The position numbers and the translations under genes are program-made. From positions 1-64,000 of IMG/VR virus record IMGVR_UViG_3300043548_000582: a stretch of DNA of 64,000 bases. One strand, given 5' to 3'. Under the pieces are notes generated by a model. The model saw only the letters and a list, made by a program, of their open reading frames with translations, ran no database searches and had not been told where the DNA came from. Each line of letters opens with the position of its first letter. The stretch's first letter is position 1. Shown piece by piece: positions 9,410 to 18,904 of this stretch. This stretch comes from a virus.

Positions 9410-9862
9410 TTATTCTCCGCAACCACAATTGGCGTAATCTGCTTTGGTAGACAATCTAAAATACACATCGCTTGTATAGTCAGATGCTTTGGTGATCTTT
9501 GCGGCCATCCATTCTTCGAAATCCGCGTCTTTTGACATTTCACTCAAACGATTTGCAAATTCAACTAATTTAGCCAATTCGCTTCTGATCATATCATTAC
9601 GTTCTGTTGTCGCATAATCGTCGTGATCATCTTCATGAGAATGTTCTTGATCAATTTCTAAAGGCTCATCTGTATCAAATGACATCACCACAGCACCTCC
9701 TTCAGAATCATCCATGTCGTTAAAATCAGCGTTGTCTGAATAATCATCATCGTGAACCTCATAATCTTGGTGTTGCTCGTCTCTGTCTTCGTCATCCTGA
9801 GATCCGAAGTTTGTCATATAATTTTCCCAAATGAGGGAGTGTTCTTTTAGTTTGAAGTCCAT
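9410..9862 (-). CDS. Acidic hypothetical protein, probably head-internal
   Basis: Late promoter at 9868-9873; leader LKEHSLIWENY; C-terminal EWMAAKITKASDY motif. Confidence 0.55.
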   Translation of the reverse strand: MDFKLKEHSLIWENYMTNFGSQDDEDRDEQHQDYEVHDDDYSDNADFNDMDDSEGGAVVMSFDTDEPLEIDQEHSHEDDHDDYATTERNDMIRSELAKLVEFANRLSEMSKDADFEEWMAAKITKASDYTSDVYFRLSTKADYANCGCGE

Positions 9863-9866
9863 AATG

Positions 9867-10253
9867 TTATTTAATGTTTCCAAGTAATGTTCTCATCTCA
9901 TCAGGCATGTGAGGATTCATTATTTTTTGATACTGCTTGTAAAACTCACGACCATTGACTTGTCCGCTCTTTAATGCGTCATCAAATGCATTTGCAATTT
10001 GATCTATTTGATCTTTGTCTTCCAGATTGCCAACAGCGTCTAAATACAACTTGCTCAATTCGAGAATGCTTTTGATGTATTCATTTTCCCCTTGTTGGGT
10101 CATCTTCAACGATTCTGGTGCAGCGGGGGGTTCCGCTGGCGGTGCTTCTTCTGGAGGAGGTGGTGCCGCCATTGGATCAACAGCGCCTTGTTCGTCCTGC
10201 TCTTTTAAAATTTTGTAGTAAGAGCTTATCAAGCTTAATGTTTTGCTTTTCAT
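9867..10253 (-). CDS. Hypothetical protein with Pro/Ala linker, probably virion-internal
   Basis: KILKEQDE leader followed by AAPPPPEEAPPAEPPAAPE. Confidence 0.55.
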   Translation of the reverse strand: MKSKTLSLISSYYKILKEQDEQGAVDPMAAPPPPEEAPPAEPPAAPESLKMTQQGENEYIKSILELSKLYLDAVGNLEDKDQIDQIANAFDDALKSGQVNGREFYKQYQKIMNPHMPDEMRTLLGNIK

Positions 10254-10254
10254 A

Positions 10255-10722
10255 TTAATAAGTTGAATTTATTGCGTTTGTATTGACTGCTTGCAACCCT
10301 TTTTTAATTCTTTCCGATCCTTTTTTATAAGCTTGTATGGCATCTTTTGCCAACTTTTGCCTCTCCGCGACTGCTCCTTTAGCTGCTTGTGCAGAAGTTC
10401 CAAATAATCTAGCGGCCATTCCTTTCAAACCACTGGATGCAGTATCTGCAAGTTTTTGAACTTCCTTATCAATTTCATATGTACCAGTTCCAGCATTTAT
10501 ACTTTCGGCATCTTCTTCTTCCGAATTGAATCCTTCAGAACCTTTCAATTGCAAAACGTAGGTTTTGTTATTTTCAACATCATCTATGTAAAAATTACCG
10601 TCTCCACTCATTCCAAATTTAACGCCAACACCTTTTAAAAATGATTTAAAATCATGTAAATCCGTAAAAAATTCACTATTTTCTGGATTATATTCCTCTA
10701 CGAGATCTAAAAACTTACTCAT
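10255..10722 (-). CDS. Hypothetical late protein
   Basis: TAAATA-N6-ATG; MSKFLDLVEEY leader. Confidence 0.55.
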   Translation of the reverse strand: MSKFLDLVEEYNPENSEFFTDLHDFKSFLKGVGVKFGMSGDGNFYIDDVENNKTYVLQLKGSEGFNSEEEDAESINAGTGTYEIDKEVQKLADTASSGLKGMAARLFGTSAQAAKGAVAERQKLAKDAIQAYKKGSERIKKGLQAVNTNAINSTY

Positions 10723-10731
10723 GCATAATAT

Positions 10732-11274
10732 TTAGACAAATAGGCACAGCTTGTTTGTAAAATCTTGGAAATAAGAATCATTTAAGAATTTATATCCGTG
10801 CTTTTCAAAATATTTTTTGACATGTTTGTATGATTTGCATTTTCTAGGCTGATTTAAAAAGTTTTCAATCATTGTAACCGTTTCACAGTCCCCGTTTTGA
10901 AAATTATCAAATATCGTGGTCATATCATGACAGGTTTCAAGTATGTTGAAGCCAAACATTGTCTTCAATTTTTTTACAAGCCTGTTTCTAAACGCATCCT
11001 TTGTCAAGATATTGCTGTATATATTAAGTTTTTCTGTTCTTTTTCGACTTTTTATAAATTCCACGAATGTTTGTATGAATTCATTGGTGTATAAACGAAC
11101 ATTATTCTTATTTTTAAAATTAAAATCGACTTCCATCGATAGGGATGTCAATAATTTTGCAAAATTTCTGTTGGTTTGCTTAAAAATCTCATCAATATCC
11201 AAAATTTCTTGATTTCTAGACTCAAAAATCATAGATGTTACGTAATTTTCAATGTTTTCTAGGTTGACAGGCAT
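10732..11274 (-). CDS. Hypothetical protein
   Basis: 180-aa ORF coupled to the upstream nuclease gene. Confidence 0.55.
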   Translation of the reverse strand: MPVNLENIENYVTSMIFESRNQEILDIDEIFKQTNRNFAKLLTSLSMEVDFNFKNKNNVRLYTNEFIQTFVEFIKSRKRTEKLNIYSNILTKDAFRNRLVKKLKTMFGFNILETCHDMTTIFDNFQNGDCETVTMIENFLNQPRKCKSYKHVKKYFEKHGYKFLNDSYFQDFTNKLCLFV

Positions 11275-11704
11275 AAAAATTAAAGTTTTTGTATTTTTCT
11301 TTCAGAGATTTTGGAACAGAATTGATCCTGACATTGATGATTCCATTGTATGAAGAATCATCGAACAAAACATTGTGACGCATTTGCTCCAACATTTCAA
11401 GGAATTTCATTTCCCATTGTGTTTCGCACATATGTATCACCTCTTTTTCAAAAAAGTCAAGCCCATATTTAGCAATATCAGCTTTTAATTCCTCTGAAGA
11501 ACCCCAATATTCTTCAACATTATTGTCGATATATGCTATACGATGACGCTTTTTACCCTTTAAAGGCTTTCTTTTGACACGTTTTAGCAGTTTTTTACAC
11601 CCAATATAGTATTTTTTCTCACTTTCTGGATGATTATTGCGCACTTTGTACACAAATCCATGATAATTATCAGTACATTCAGGCATTCCAATCCATTTTG
11701 ACAT
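11249..11704 (-). CDS. GIY-YIG family nuclease (Seg-like)
   Basis: GFVYKVRN...KYYIGCK...YWGSS...F.KEVI...E...YN. Confidence 0.75.
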   Translation of the reverse strand: MSKWIGMPECTDNYHGFVYKVRNNHPESEKKYYIGCKKLLKRVKRKPLKGKKRHRIAYIDNNVEEYWGSSEELKADIAKYGLDFFEKEVIHMCETQWEMKFLEMLEQMRHNVLFDDSSYNGIINVRINSVPKSLKEKYKNFNFYACQPRKH

Positions 11705-11737
11705 ACATTAATTATACAAAGTATGATATATATCAAT

Positions 11738-11762
11738 AAAAAACGGATTACTATCGTAATCC
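11738..11762 (-). terminator. Intrinsic terminator GGATTAC-gata-GTAATCC-G-TTTTTT
   Basis: Perfect 7-bp stem followed by a U-tract on the minus strand. Confidence 0.65.
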
Positions 11763-11880
11763 TTTAAATGACATTACACCTGTATTACCTATATTAGTAC
11801 ATATATAATATATATTAATAATAATAGGATCTTAACCCACCCACCTCCCTATAATTATAATCATTATATTCAAATGTCAA
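11763..11880 (-). other. Candidate replication origin or short non-coding transcript (promoter, G-tract, AT-rich tract)
   Basis: On the minus strand: TTGACA (11875-80), TATAAT (11854-59), GGGAGGTGGGTGGG (11836-49), then a nearly pure A/T stretch. No ORF. Confidence 0.4.
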
Positions 11881-11909
11881 TGGGTGTATAGGTAATAAAT
11901 CAAAAAATA

Positions 11910-12182
11910 TTACATTTTCTTATTCTTCTTACCATTTTTCTTACTCTTAGCACCTTTTTGATGTTTTAAAGGATCGAATATATTGTTTATTTTATTTCTT
12001 CTACTAATCCCTAACACTTTAGGAATAACAGTAGACCCAGTTGCATAACTATCAGTGTTTTCAATAGAACCGCCTTCTAAACCGGGACTATCACCAAGAA
12101 CATCAGCAGCCATCATGTTTTCAATATACATAGATTCATATATATCTTGTAATTTATCCATTTCATGTCTTGACATTCTCAT
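11910..12182 (-). CDS. Hypothetical late protein with a basic tail
   Basis: TAAATA-N5-ATG; KLQDIYESMYIEN leader. Confidence 0.55.
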   Translation of the reverse strand: MRMSRHEMDKLQDIYESMYIENMMAADVLGDSPGLEGGSIENTDSYATGSTVIPKVLGISRRNKINNIFDPLKHQKGAKSKKNGKKNKKM

Positions 12183-12197
12183 ATCTTTATTTACTAT
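12170..12197 (+). promoter_or_regulatory. Sigma70-type promoter TTGACA-N16-TACTAT for the uvsY-uvsW-gp55 operon
   Basis: Read directly; overlaps a divergent late promoter at 12188-12193. Confidence 0.6.
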
Positions 12198-12208
12198 AAA
12201 AGATATTT

Positions 12209-12613
12209 ATGGATGTTTTAGAGAATAAAAATGATTTGGTCAAACGATATCGTGATTTCGTATCGGATATTAATGACCTTACACTACGCGATAAATTAAA
12301 TCAAGTGCCTAGTGAAAAAGCATATTGGGCGCAGATTCTTTCTGATTATGAGAAGGCTTTATACAAGCTCCAAGTAAAACAAAAGACAATTATTAAGGAT
12401 TTAAGCGCTAAGTTGATTGAAAAATCACCGGTAAATCTAACAAAGAGTGTGTTGGATGGGGTAAAAGATGATGCATCTCTCGATGGTATCAATTCTGACA
12501 TACATGAACTGGAACTTGCTATAAAACATTTCTCTAGAATTTACGAAAATGTTAAATACATAGCAAAAGATTTCGAAAATATATTGAAATATAAACAATT
12601 ACAAGATTCCTGA
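12209..12613 (+). CDS. uvsY: Recombination mediator, UvsY-like
   Basis: 134-aa helical protein directly before uvsW; C-terminal F.NI..Y..L pattern; T4-like synteny. Confidence 0.6.
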   Translation: MDVLENKNDLVKRYRDFVSDINDLTLRDKLNQVPSEKAYWAQILSDYEKALYKLQVKQKTIIKDLSAKLIEKSPVNLTKSVLDGVKDDASLDGINSDIHELELAIKHFSRIYENVKYIAKDFENILKYKQLQDS

Positions 12614-12615
12614 CC

Positions 12616-14061
12616 TTGATAACGTTCCATTACGATAGCAATACTAGAAAAGGCCAGATCATTTGCGACATGGTTGTAATGACTCTTCTTAAAAAGAAGT
12701 TCAGTGTCAAAAATGAATCTGCAAAATTCATGAAAAAATTTGGAAGAACCATTCCAGATAAGAAATTTGCTATCGATAAGATGGGAAGATTCGATTTCGG
12801 CTTGTATAAGGATATTTTGAAGTTTCTGAAGGATCAAAACTTCAACACTATAGATTTCACAGATGAGTTCAAAACACACTTGCGATGTGGTATTGGAGTG
12901 GATGAGATTTTTGACGGTTTTGCGTACCCTCACAGGGACTTTCAGAAGGAAATAGTGTCTTTGTGCCTAAAACACGGTAGAGGCACTGTAAAGAGCGCTA
13001 CAGGCTCAGGAAAGAGCTTCTGTGTAGCATCTCTGATTGAGAATTTCTGGAGAAACAGAAAGAGCAGATCATTCAAAGCATTGGTGATCGTGCCGGGAAT
13101 ATCATTAGCTTCCCAATTAGTGGGTGATTTCTCTGATTACAAGGTGAATTTCACTTACAGCAAGTGGACAGGCACATCAAAACTTGAAGATACCGACGTT
13201 GTAATAGTCAATAGTGAGAACTTGACATCTAAAGTCAAGGACAACCCTTGGATTTATGATGTTGATTTATTGATAGTTGATGAGTGTCACCGTGTCACCA
13301 CAACCAGCAAGCTATCAAAGATCATCCCGAAGTTCAAAACACCCAACAGGTTTGGTTTTACAGGAACATTTCCAAAGGATGTTTACGAAACTTGGAAAAT
13401 AATAGGAACATTCGGTCCTCTGTTGTTCGAAAAGAACAGCAAAGATCTGAGAGATGAGAAAATACTAACAGATGTTAGTGTAAAAATGATAAAACTCATT
13501 CATCCAGAGATGAACAAGCCTAAAAAAAGCAAAAAGAAGGATAAAACTCCAACGGAAGATTATAATAATGAGCTTTCATTCATATACAATTCATCTTCTC
13601 GAAATAATATAATCAAAAAATTAGCAAAGGGGCTTTCGAACAACACATTGATTCTGGTAAACCATTTGGAACATGGTGATATTTTATATGAAAACTTGAA
13701 TTCCTTGGAAGGAAAAGAAGTGTTGTACATAAAAGGTGATGTGGATATTCAAAATAGACTCGAAGGCATCCAAAATATGGAAACTTCGGATAATATTATA
13801 TGTATAGCCATGAGTAGTATATTCTCAACTGGTGTAAATATTAAAAATCTCCACAATATCATATTCACTGCCGGTGGAAAAAGCTTTATACGAATAGTTC
13901 AAGGCATAGGACGAGGACTAAGACTCCATGAGAACAAACAGTCGTTGCGCATATTGGATATAAATGACAATTTGAAATATTCAGAATCACATTCTCAACA
14001 AAGAAAAGATATTTACGACGAGGAAAAGATCCCGTGGAGTGAAAAAGAAATAATTTTATGA
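12616..14061 (+). CDS. uvsW: SF2 DNA helicase UvsW
   Basis: SATGSGKS, IVDECH, FGFTGT, FSTGVNIKNLHNIIF, QGIGRGLR. Confidence 0.93.
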   Translation: MITFHYDSNTRKGQIICDMVVMTLLKKKFSVKNESAKFMKKFGRTIPDKKFAIDKMGRFDFGLYKDILKFLKDQNFNTIDFTDEFKTHLRCGIGVDEIFDGFAYPHRDFQKEIVSLCLKHGRGTVKSATGSGKSFCVASLIENFWRNRKSRSFKALVIVPGISLASQLVGDFSDYKVNFTYSKWTGTSKLEDTDVVIVNSENLTSKVKDNPWIYDVDLLIVDECHRVTTTSKLSKIIPKFKTPNRFGFTGTFPKDVYETWKIIGTFGPLLFEKNSKDLRDEKILTDVSVKMIKLIHPEMNKPKKSKKKDKTPTEDYNNELSFIYNSSSRNNIIKKLAKGLSNNTLILVNHLEHGDILYENLNSLEGKEVLYIKGDVDIQNRLEGIQNMETSDNIICIAMSSIFSTGVNIKNLHNIIFTAGGKSFIRIVQGIGRGLRLHENKQSLRILDINDNLKYSESHSQQRKDIYDEEKIPWSEKEIIL

Positions 14062-14510
14062 AAGTAAACAAGGAAGTAATTAAGCAATATTATGTAAAGC
14101 CGTCTGAATTTTCAAAACAGATTCAGGAATATTATGACACTGATAAAATGACCAACGAGTTGGCTATGAATATATTGAAAATTGCTGAAAATCTCAGCTA
14201 CAATTGGAGATTTATAAATTATACCAAATCGTGGAAGGAAGAAATGATTGGAGATGCTGTTATTAAAATGTATTCAGCGTTGGATGGAAAGAAATACAAG
14301 CCGGGATTTGGATTTAGTCCATTTAGTTATTTCAACCAGATTGCGTGGAATGCATTTACCAATAGAATAAAGAAAGAAAACAAGCAACACGAAGGCTTGC
14401 AAGAGTATAAGCAGATGATGTACGAGCAACATTTAATGGAATCAGAGGGTGATATTTACGTCAAGCAAGCCAATTTTGATGACGATGATTACGAGTATTC
14501 AGACGATTGA
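14058..14510 (+). CDS. gp55: Late-transcription sigma factor gp55
   Basis: YYV...F, FINYT..WKEEMIGDA, SPFSYFNQIAWNAF.NRIKKE.KQ. Confidence 0.9.
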   Translation: MKVNKEVIKQYYVKPSEFSKQIQEYYDTDKMTNELAMNILKIAENLSYNWRFINYTKSWKEEMIGDAVIKMYSALDGKKYKPGFGFSPFSYFNQIAWNAFTNRIKKENKQHEGLQEYKQMMYEQHLMESEGDIYVKQANFDDDDYEYSDD

Positions 14511-14534
14511 CTTTCGTATTTTTCGGTTTATCAT
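14507..14534 (+). promoter_or_regulatory. Sigma70-type promoter TTGACT-N16-TATCAT
   Basis: Read directly; immediately upstream of gp47. Confidence 0.55.
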
Positions 14535-14543
14535 TTGGCAGGT

Positions 14544-15563
14544 ATGATAAAGAAAACTAAAATCGCCATGTTCAGCGATCTCCATTTAGGGATCTATGGC
14601 AATTCTGAAAAGTGGCATGAAACCGCGCTGAACTGGGCTGATTGGATCGTTGCTGAACTAACAAGCAAAAAAATCAGCGACATCGTATTCTTGGGTGATT
14701 TTTTCGATAATAGAACAGAAATCAGTGTTCAAACACTACATATTGCTTCTATTATCATAGAAAAATTCAAAAAGTTCAATATGTTCATGATAATTGGCAA
14801 CCACGATGCCTATTATAAGAACAGAAGTGATGTTCATAGTCTTGGAATGGTAAATGGTCATGAAAATATCACATTGGTTGATAAAAATTTGGAATTTAAA
14901 GCCTTCGACAAGGCATTTTTGATGGTTCCATGGAATAATTCCCTTCCAGAGGGCAAATATGACTATGTTTTCGGGCATTTTGAGATTCAAACGTTCAAAA
15001 TGAACAATTTTACAGTTTGCAGCCATGGTTTGTCGCCCATGGACATTCTGAGTCGTGGAAAACTGGCGTTTTCTGGTCATTTCCACAACAGAAATAGTAA
15101 AGTATACTCCGAAGGCAGTATCAATTACATCGGAAGTTGCTTTTCGATGGATTTTTCAGACGTTGATAATACAAAAGGATATCACATTTTAGATGTTGAG
15201 GATGGATCGGTTGAGTTTTTTGAAAACACCAAGTCTCCTGTCTTTAAAAAGTTCTATACAAGCTCATTAAAATCTCTCGACAAAGAAACAATTGAAAATA
15301 ACATAGTCAAGTTGCTCGTCGATACGGATATTGAAGAGAAGAAGCTTGAAAAACTCCAAGCAGCCATTGCAAAGCTGCAACCTTGGCAGTTTACGACAGA
15401 GCATAACGTCGCTTCGAAAACATTAGAAGATGTCGAAGTTGTTGATTCCATCAATATCTCAGATATGTTCGATGAATTTTATGAAAAGCTCGGTCTGAGT
15501 GAAGATCAATTGGAGCGAGTTAAGAAAATCAACGAAGAACTTTACAAATTGAATAAAATTTAA
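14544..15563 (+). CDS. gp47: Recombination nuclease subunit gp47 (Mre11/SbcD-like)
   Basis: SDLHLG, LGDFFDNR, GNHD, GHFE, FSGHFH. Confidence 0.92.
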   Translation: MIKKTKIAMFSDLHLGIYGNSEKWHETALNWADWIVAELTSKKISDIVFLGDFFDNRTEISVQTLHIASIIIEKFKKFNMFMIIGNHDAYYKNRSDVHSLGMVNGHENITLVDKNLEFKAFDKAFLMVPWNNSLPEGKYDYVFGHFEIQTFKMNNFTVCSHGLSPMDILSRGKLAFSGHFHNRNSKVYSEGSINYIGSCFSMDFSDVDNTKGYHILDVEDGSVEFFENTKSPVFKKFYTSSLKSLDKETIENNIVKLLVDTDIEEKKLEKLQAAIAKLQPWQFTTEHNVASKTLEDVEVVDSINISDMFDEFYEKLGLSEDQLERVKKINEELYKLNKI

Positions 15564-17362
15564 TGAAAAAAATCAAATACAACAAATTATCAGTTCAAAA
15601 CTTTCTTAGTATTGGCAACGATACAATCGAGATTGATTTCAAGAAAGGTTTAAATCTAATAACAGGTGAAAATATCGACAATCCTGAAAGAAAAAATGCT
15701 GTTGGGAAGAGCGCACTGATGTCTGCTTACTTTTTTGCTCTTTTTGGAGAGACGATAGGTAAAATTAAAAATGAATACATCGTCAACAACATCACAAAGG
15801 GCAAAGGCAAGATTCAATTGCTGTTCGATGTTGAAACTTCAACAGGTACACAGAGTTATAAAATCATCAGACAAGTAAAACCTTCTAAAGTTGAACTTTG
15901 GAAGGGTGATGAGGATATAACCAGAGACAGCATTGCAAATACAAACAAATATATCTGCGATCTACTAGGCACCAACCCGACGATTCATAAAAGCTGCGAC
16001 ATTATGACTCTGAGTGAAACAACTCCATTCATGTTGAAGACAGCAGCCGAAAAACGCAAGTTCATTGAAGACATTTTCGGCATTGAGATTTTCGGATTGA
16101 TGCTGAAGGATTTGAAAAAATACATATCTGAAAATAAGAACGAGATGAACGTATCATCCGCCGTTCTTGAAGAGTTGAACAACTCAATATCATCATATAC
16201 AACGCAGTTGGAAATGATTAAAAAGCAGATCGAGGAGCGAGACGCGCTATTGGAGTCTAGAAAAAATGAAATTTTGGAAAAGATTAAGTCTGCCCAACTA
16301 AAGTTAGACAACCTACCGCCTGATGTTGATCTGAACAAGCTCTCTGAACAGTCGAACAAATTAACAAACGGTTGCGACAAAATAAATTCTAAAATATCGG
16401 ATATACTTTTGAAAGTGAACGGTCTTCGTAAGGATTTATCTTACGTAAAAACAGAACTGTCGAAATTGGATGTCGATGGAGATGTGAAGTGTGATAAATG
16501 TTTACAAGACATACCACACTCTCATGTGGAATTACTCGAAGGCATCAAAGCAGAAAAGAAAGCGAAAATAACAAGTATTGAAGATGAAATAACCAAGATT
16601 GAACATGAGAGACATGATTGGGTTTCAAAGAAAACCAGATTGGAAGATAATATTAAATTGATAAATCTCCAAATAAGAAATCAACAAGAAGTAACTAGAA
16701 AGAAAGAAAACTTAATCGAATTAATCAATGAATATAACAATTCATTGGCGAATGTTGAAAATGATAGCAAAAGCTCATCCTTAAATCCAGAATTTATCGA
16801 AGATAACATTGATAAATCAAAGAAAAGACAAGATGAATATTCTGAAACTTTGAAAAATTGCAAAATCAAAGAATCAGATTACGATGTTTGTAAATTTGTT
16901 CTTGGAGAAGAAGGTGTGAAGAGTTTTGTAATTAAAAAGCTGTTGGAAATGCTCAACCAGACTATAAAAAAATACATAACACAATTGGGCATGAATATCA
17001 CTTGCAAATTTGATGAATATTTTGATGAAGAAATAACAAACAATAAAGGCAGCAAGTTTTCTTACAGTAATTTGTCAGGAGCCGAAAGACGAAGCGTTGA
17101 TATAGCATGTGTGTTGAGCTTCTCAGACATGAGAAGAAAAATAAGCGGCATATCCAGCAATCTAGAATTCTATGATGAGATTTTCGACAGCGCTTTTGAT
17201 GAAAGAGGATTGGATCTATTGATCGAAGTTCTGAAACAGCGCATCGTTAAAAATAATATGTGTGTGTATGCCATCTCACATAGAAAAGAAACCATGAAGC
17301 ATGTGGATGGGGAAATCATCAATCTTCAAAAAGAGAATAATATTACTCGGCGCGTTAAATAA
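15563..17362 (+). CDS. gp46: Recombination ATPase gp46 (Rad50/SbcC-like)
   Basis: NFLSIGN, NAVGKS, zinc hook CDKC, LSGAE, YDEIFDS, ISH. Confidence 0.93.
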   Translation: MKKIKYNKLSVQNFLSIGNDTIEIDFKKGLNLITGENIDNPERKNAVGKSALMSAYFFALFGETIGKIKNEYIVNNITKGKGKIQLLFDVETSTGTQSYKIIRQVKPSKVELWKGDEDITRDSIANTNKYICDLLGTNPTIHKSCDIMTLSETTPFMLKTAAEKRKFIEDIFGIEIFGLMLKDLKKYISENKNEMNVSSAVLEELNNSISSYTTQLEMIKKQIEERDALLESRKNEILEKIKSAQLKLDNLPPDVDLNKLSEQSNKLTNGCDKINSKISDILLKVNGLRKDLSYVKTELSKLDVDGDVKCDKCLQDIPHSHVELLEGIKAEKKAKITSIEDEITKIEHERHDWVSKKTRLEDNIKLINLQIRNQQEVTRKKENLIELINEYNNSLANVENDSKSSSLNPEFIEDNIDKSKKRQDEYSETLKNCKIKESDYDVCKFVLGEEGVKSFVIKKLLEMLNQTIKKYITQLGMNITCKFDEYFDEEITNNKGSKFSYSNLSGAERRSVDIACVLSFSDMRRKISGISSNLEFYDEIFDSAFDERGLDLLIEVLKQRIVKNNMCVYAISHRKETMKHVDGEIINLQKENNITRRVK

Positions 17363-17409
17363 TATGTTTTATATGAATTGACATGCGAATGGTTTGATAT
17401 AATTATGGT

Positions 17410-18603
17410 ATGTTTGTCAAACCATTCGCATCTCCTTTTCCAAAAGCTCCGACTTTTAAAAACCAAACTGTTTCAAAAAGAAACGTAAAAAATACATCCA
17501 CTAGATACGTCAACTATATGGCGGATCGTCAAGGATGCGGTATGTGGAGAATAGGATGGCCTGAAATGCACCTAAATATGTGTTCGATGGGTGACAGTAC
17601 ATCCCTTACAGCCATGGTTCTTAACAAGGAATGGTATAGAAATTTACGTGTCGTTAAATTACAGCGTCAAGCTTCATCAGAACAGAAGGAATTCGTTAAG
17701 TTCCTAAAGAGTATACAGCCCGAATGCGGATTTAAACTGATGTATGAAGTTGACGATGTTGTCTTCAGGGAGGATATCCCGGATTATAATGTCTACAAGC
17801 CTTCCTTTGATAATGATGAGATTCGACAGAATTGCATCGATATAATCAATATGTGTGATGAGGTTACAGTAACATGTAACTATATGCGGGATCTTTATAA
17901 ACTAAGAACTGGTAAAAAAGAGATCACAACAGTTCCTAATTTCCCACCGTATTGGTGGATTGGGCATCATTATAACTATAGAGAAATTGTAGATAACTTC
18001 GATAAGAATAAGAAGAAGCCAAGAATCGTATATGCTGGATCTGGAGCGCATTTCGATGTCGCAAACAAGACAGGACAACAAGACGATTTCACTCATGTTA
18101 TAAAGTTTATAACCGACAATGTTGACAAATATCAGTTTGTTTTCATAGGAGCCGTTCCACCTCCGCTACAGAAATTTGTATTCGATAAGAAAATTGAATA
18201 CCATCCTTGGAAAAATTTAATGCAATATCCGAACTTCTTGAGAAGTCTCAAAGCTCAATTGTTTATTGCGCCATTACAAGATAACAATTTCAATAGAAGC
18301 AAATCGGACATCAAATACATTGAAGCCGCTTGTCTGGGAATTCCTTGCTTATGCCAAGACATGGCAACATATGCAAACGCACTTGATGATTTGAAATTCA
18401 CAGATGGCGAAGACCTTGCAAACAAGGTTGAGAAAATTCTAAATTGGAAAAATCGAAACAAGTATTACAAGCTTATCCCGGAACTCAGAAACATAGGATC
18501 TCAAAGATTCCTAGAATTGGATGAAAATATCGGAGCGTTTATGGAAGCCCTGAATACGGATTACGGAGATCCTTCCAGAGTGTTTTTGAAACGGTGGAAT
18601 TGA
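17410..18603 (+). CDS. GT-B fold glycosyltransferase
   Basis: GCGMWRI.WP, LQRQ, YEVDD, IAPLQDNNFNRSKSDIKYIEAACLGIP. Confidence 0.8.
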   Translation: MFVKPFASPFPKAPTFKNQTVSKRNVKNTSTRYVNYMADRQGCGMWRIGWPEMHLNMCSMGDSTSLTAMVLNKEWYRNLRVVKLQRQASSEQKEFVKFLKSIQPECGFKLMYEVDDVVFREDIPDYNVYKPSFDNDEIRQNCIDIINMCDEVTVTCNYMRDLYKLRTGKKEITTVPNFPPYWWIGHHYNYREIVDNFDKNKKKPRIVYAGSGAHFDVANKTGQQDDFTHVIKFITDNVDKYQFVFIGAVPPPLQKFVFDKKIEYHPWKNLMQYPNFLRSLKAQLFIAPLQDNNFNRSKSDIKYIEAACLGIPCLCQDMATYANALDDLKFTDGEDLANKVEKILNWKNRNKYYKLIPELRNIGSQRFLELDENIGAFMEALNTDYGDPSRVFLKRWN

Positions 18604-18611
18604 ATAATTGA

Positions 18612-18887
18612 TTATTTGAATTCTGAATATTGTGCCAGTGTTGGTCGGAGTCGTTCAAACATACCTTTTAATTCATTGAAGCTATTCATATCAGATGGAT
18701 CTTTAAAAAAATCAGCCTTGGTGGTTTTGTAAAAAGCTATAGTCCCTTGTAAATATTTCTCAATGGCGCTGCAAATCTGATTGGCTTCAGCCTTGACTTT
18801 TTCGATCTGCGGATTATAGTTCGCGTACGATGATTCAAAATCGAGATTTTCATAAATCTCGCTCAATTCATTGATATAGTCTGTCAT
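18612..18887 (-). CDS. Hypothetical late protein
   Basis: TAAATA-N5-ATG; ELSEIYEN leader. Confidence 0.5.
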   Translation of the reverse strand: MTDYINELSEIYENLDFESSYANYNPQIEKVKAEANQICSAIEKYLQGTIAFYKTTKADFFKDPSDMNSFNELKGMFERLRPTLAQYSEFK

Positions 18888-18904
18888 AATTATATTTAAC
18901 AATA

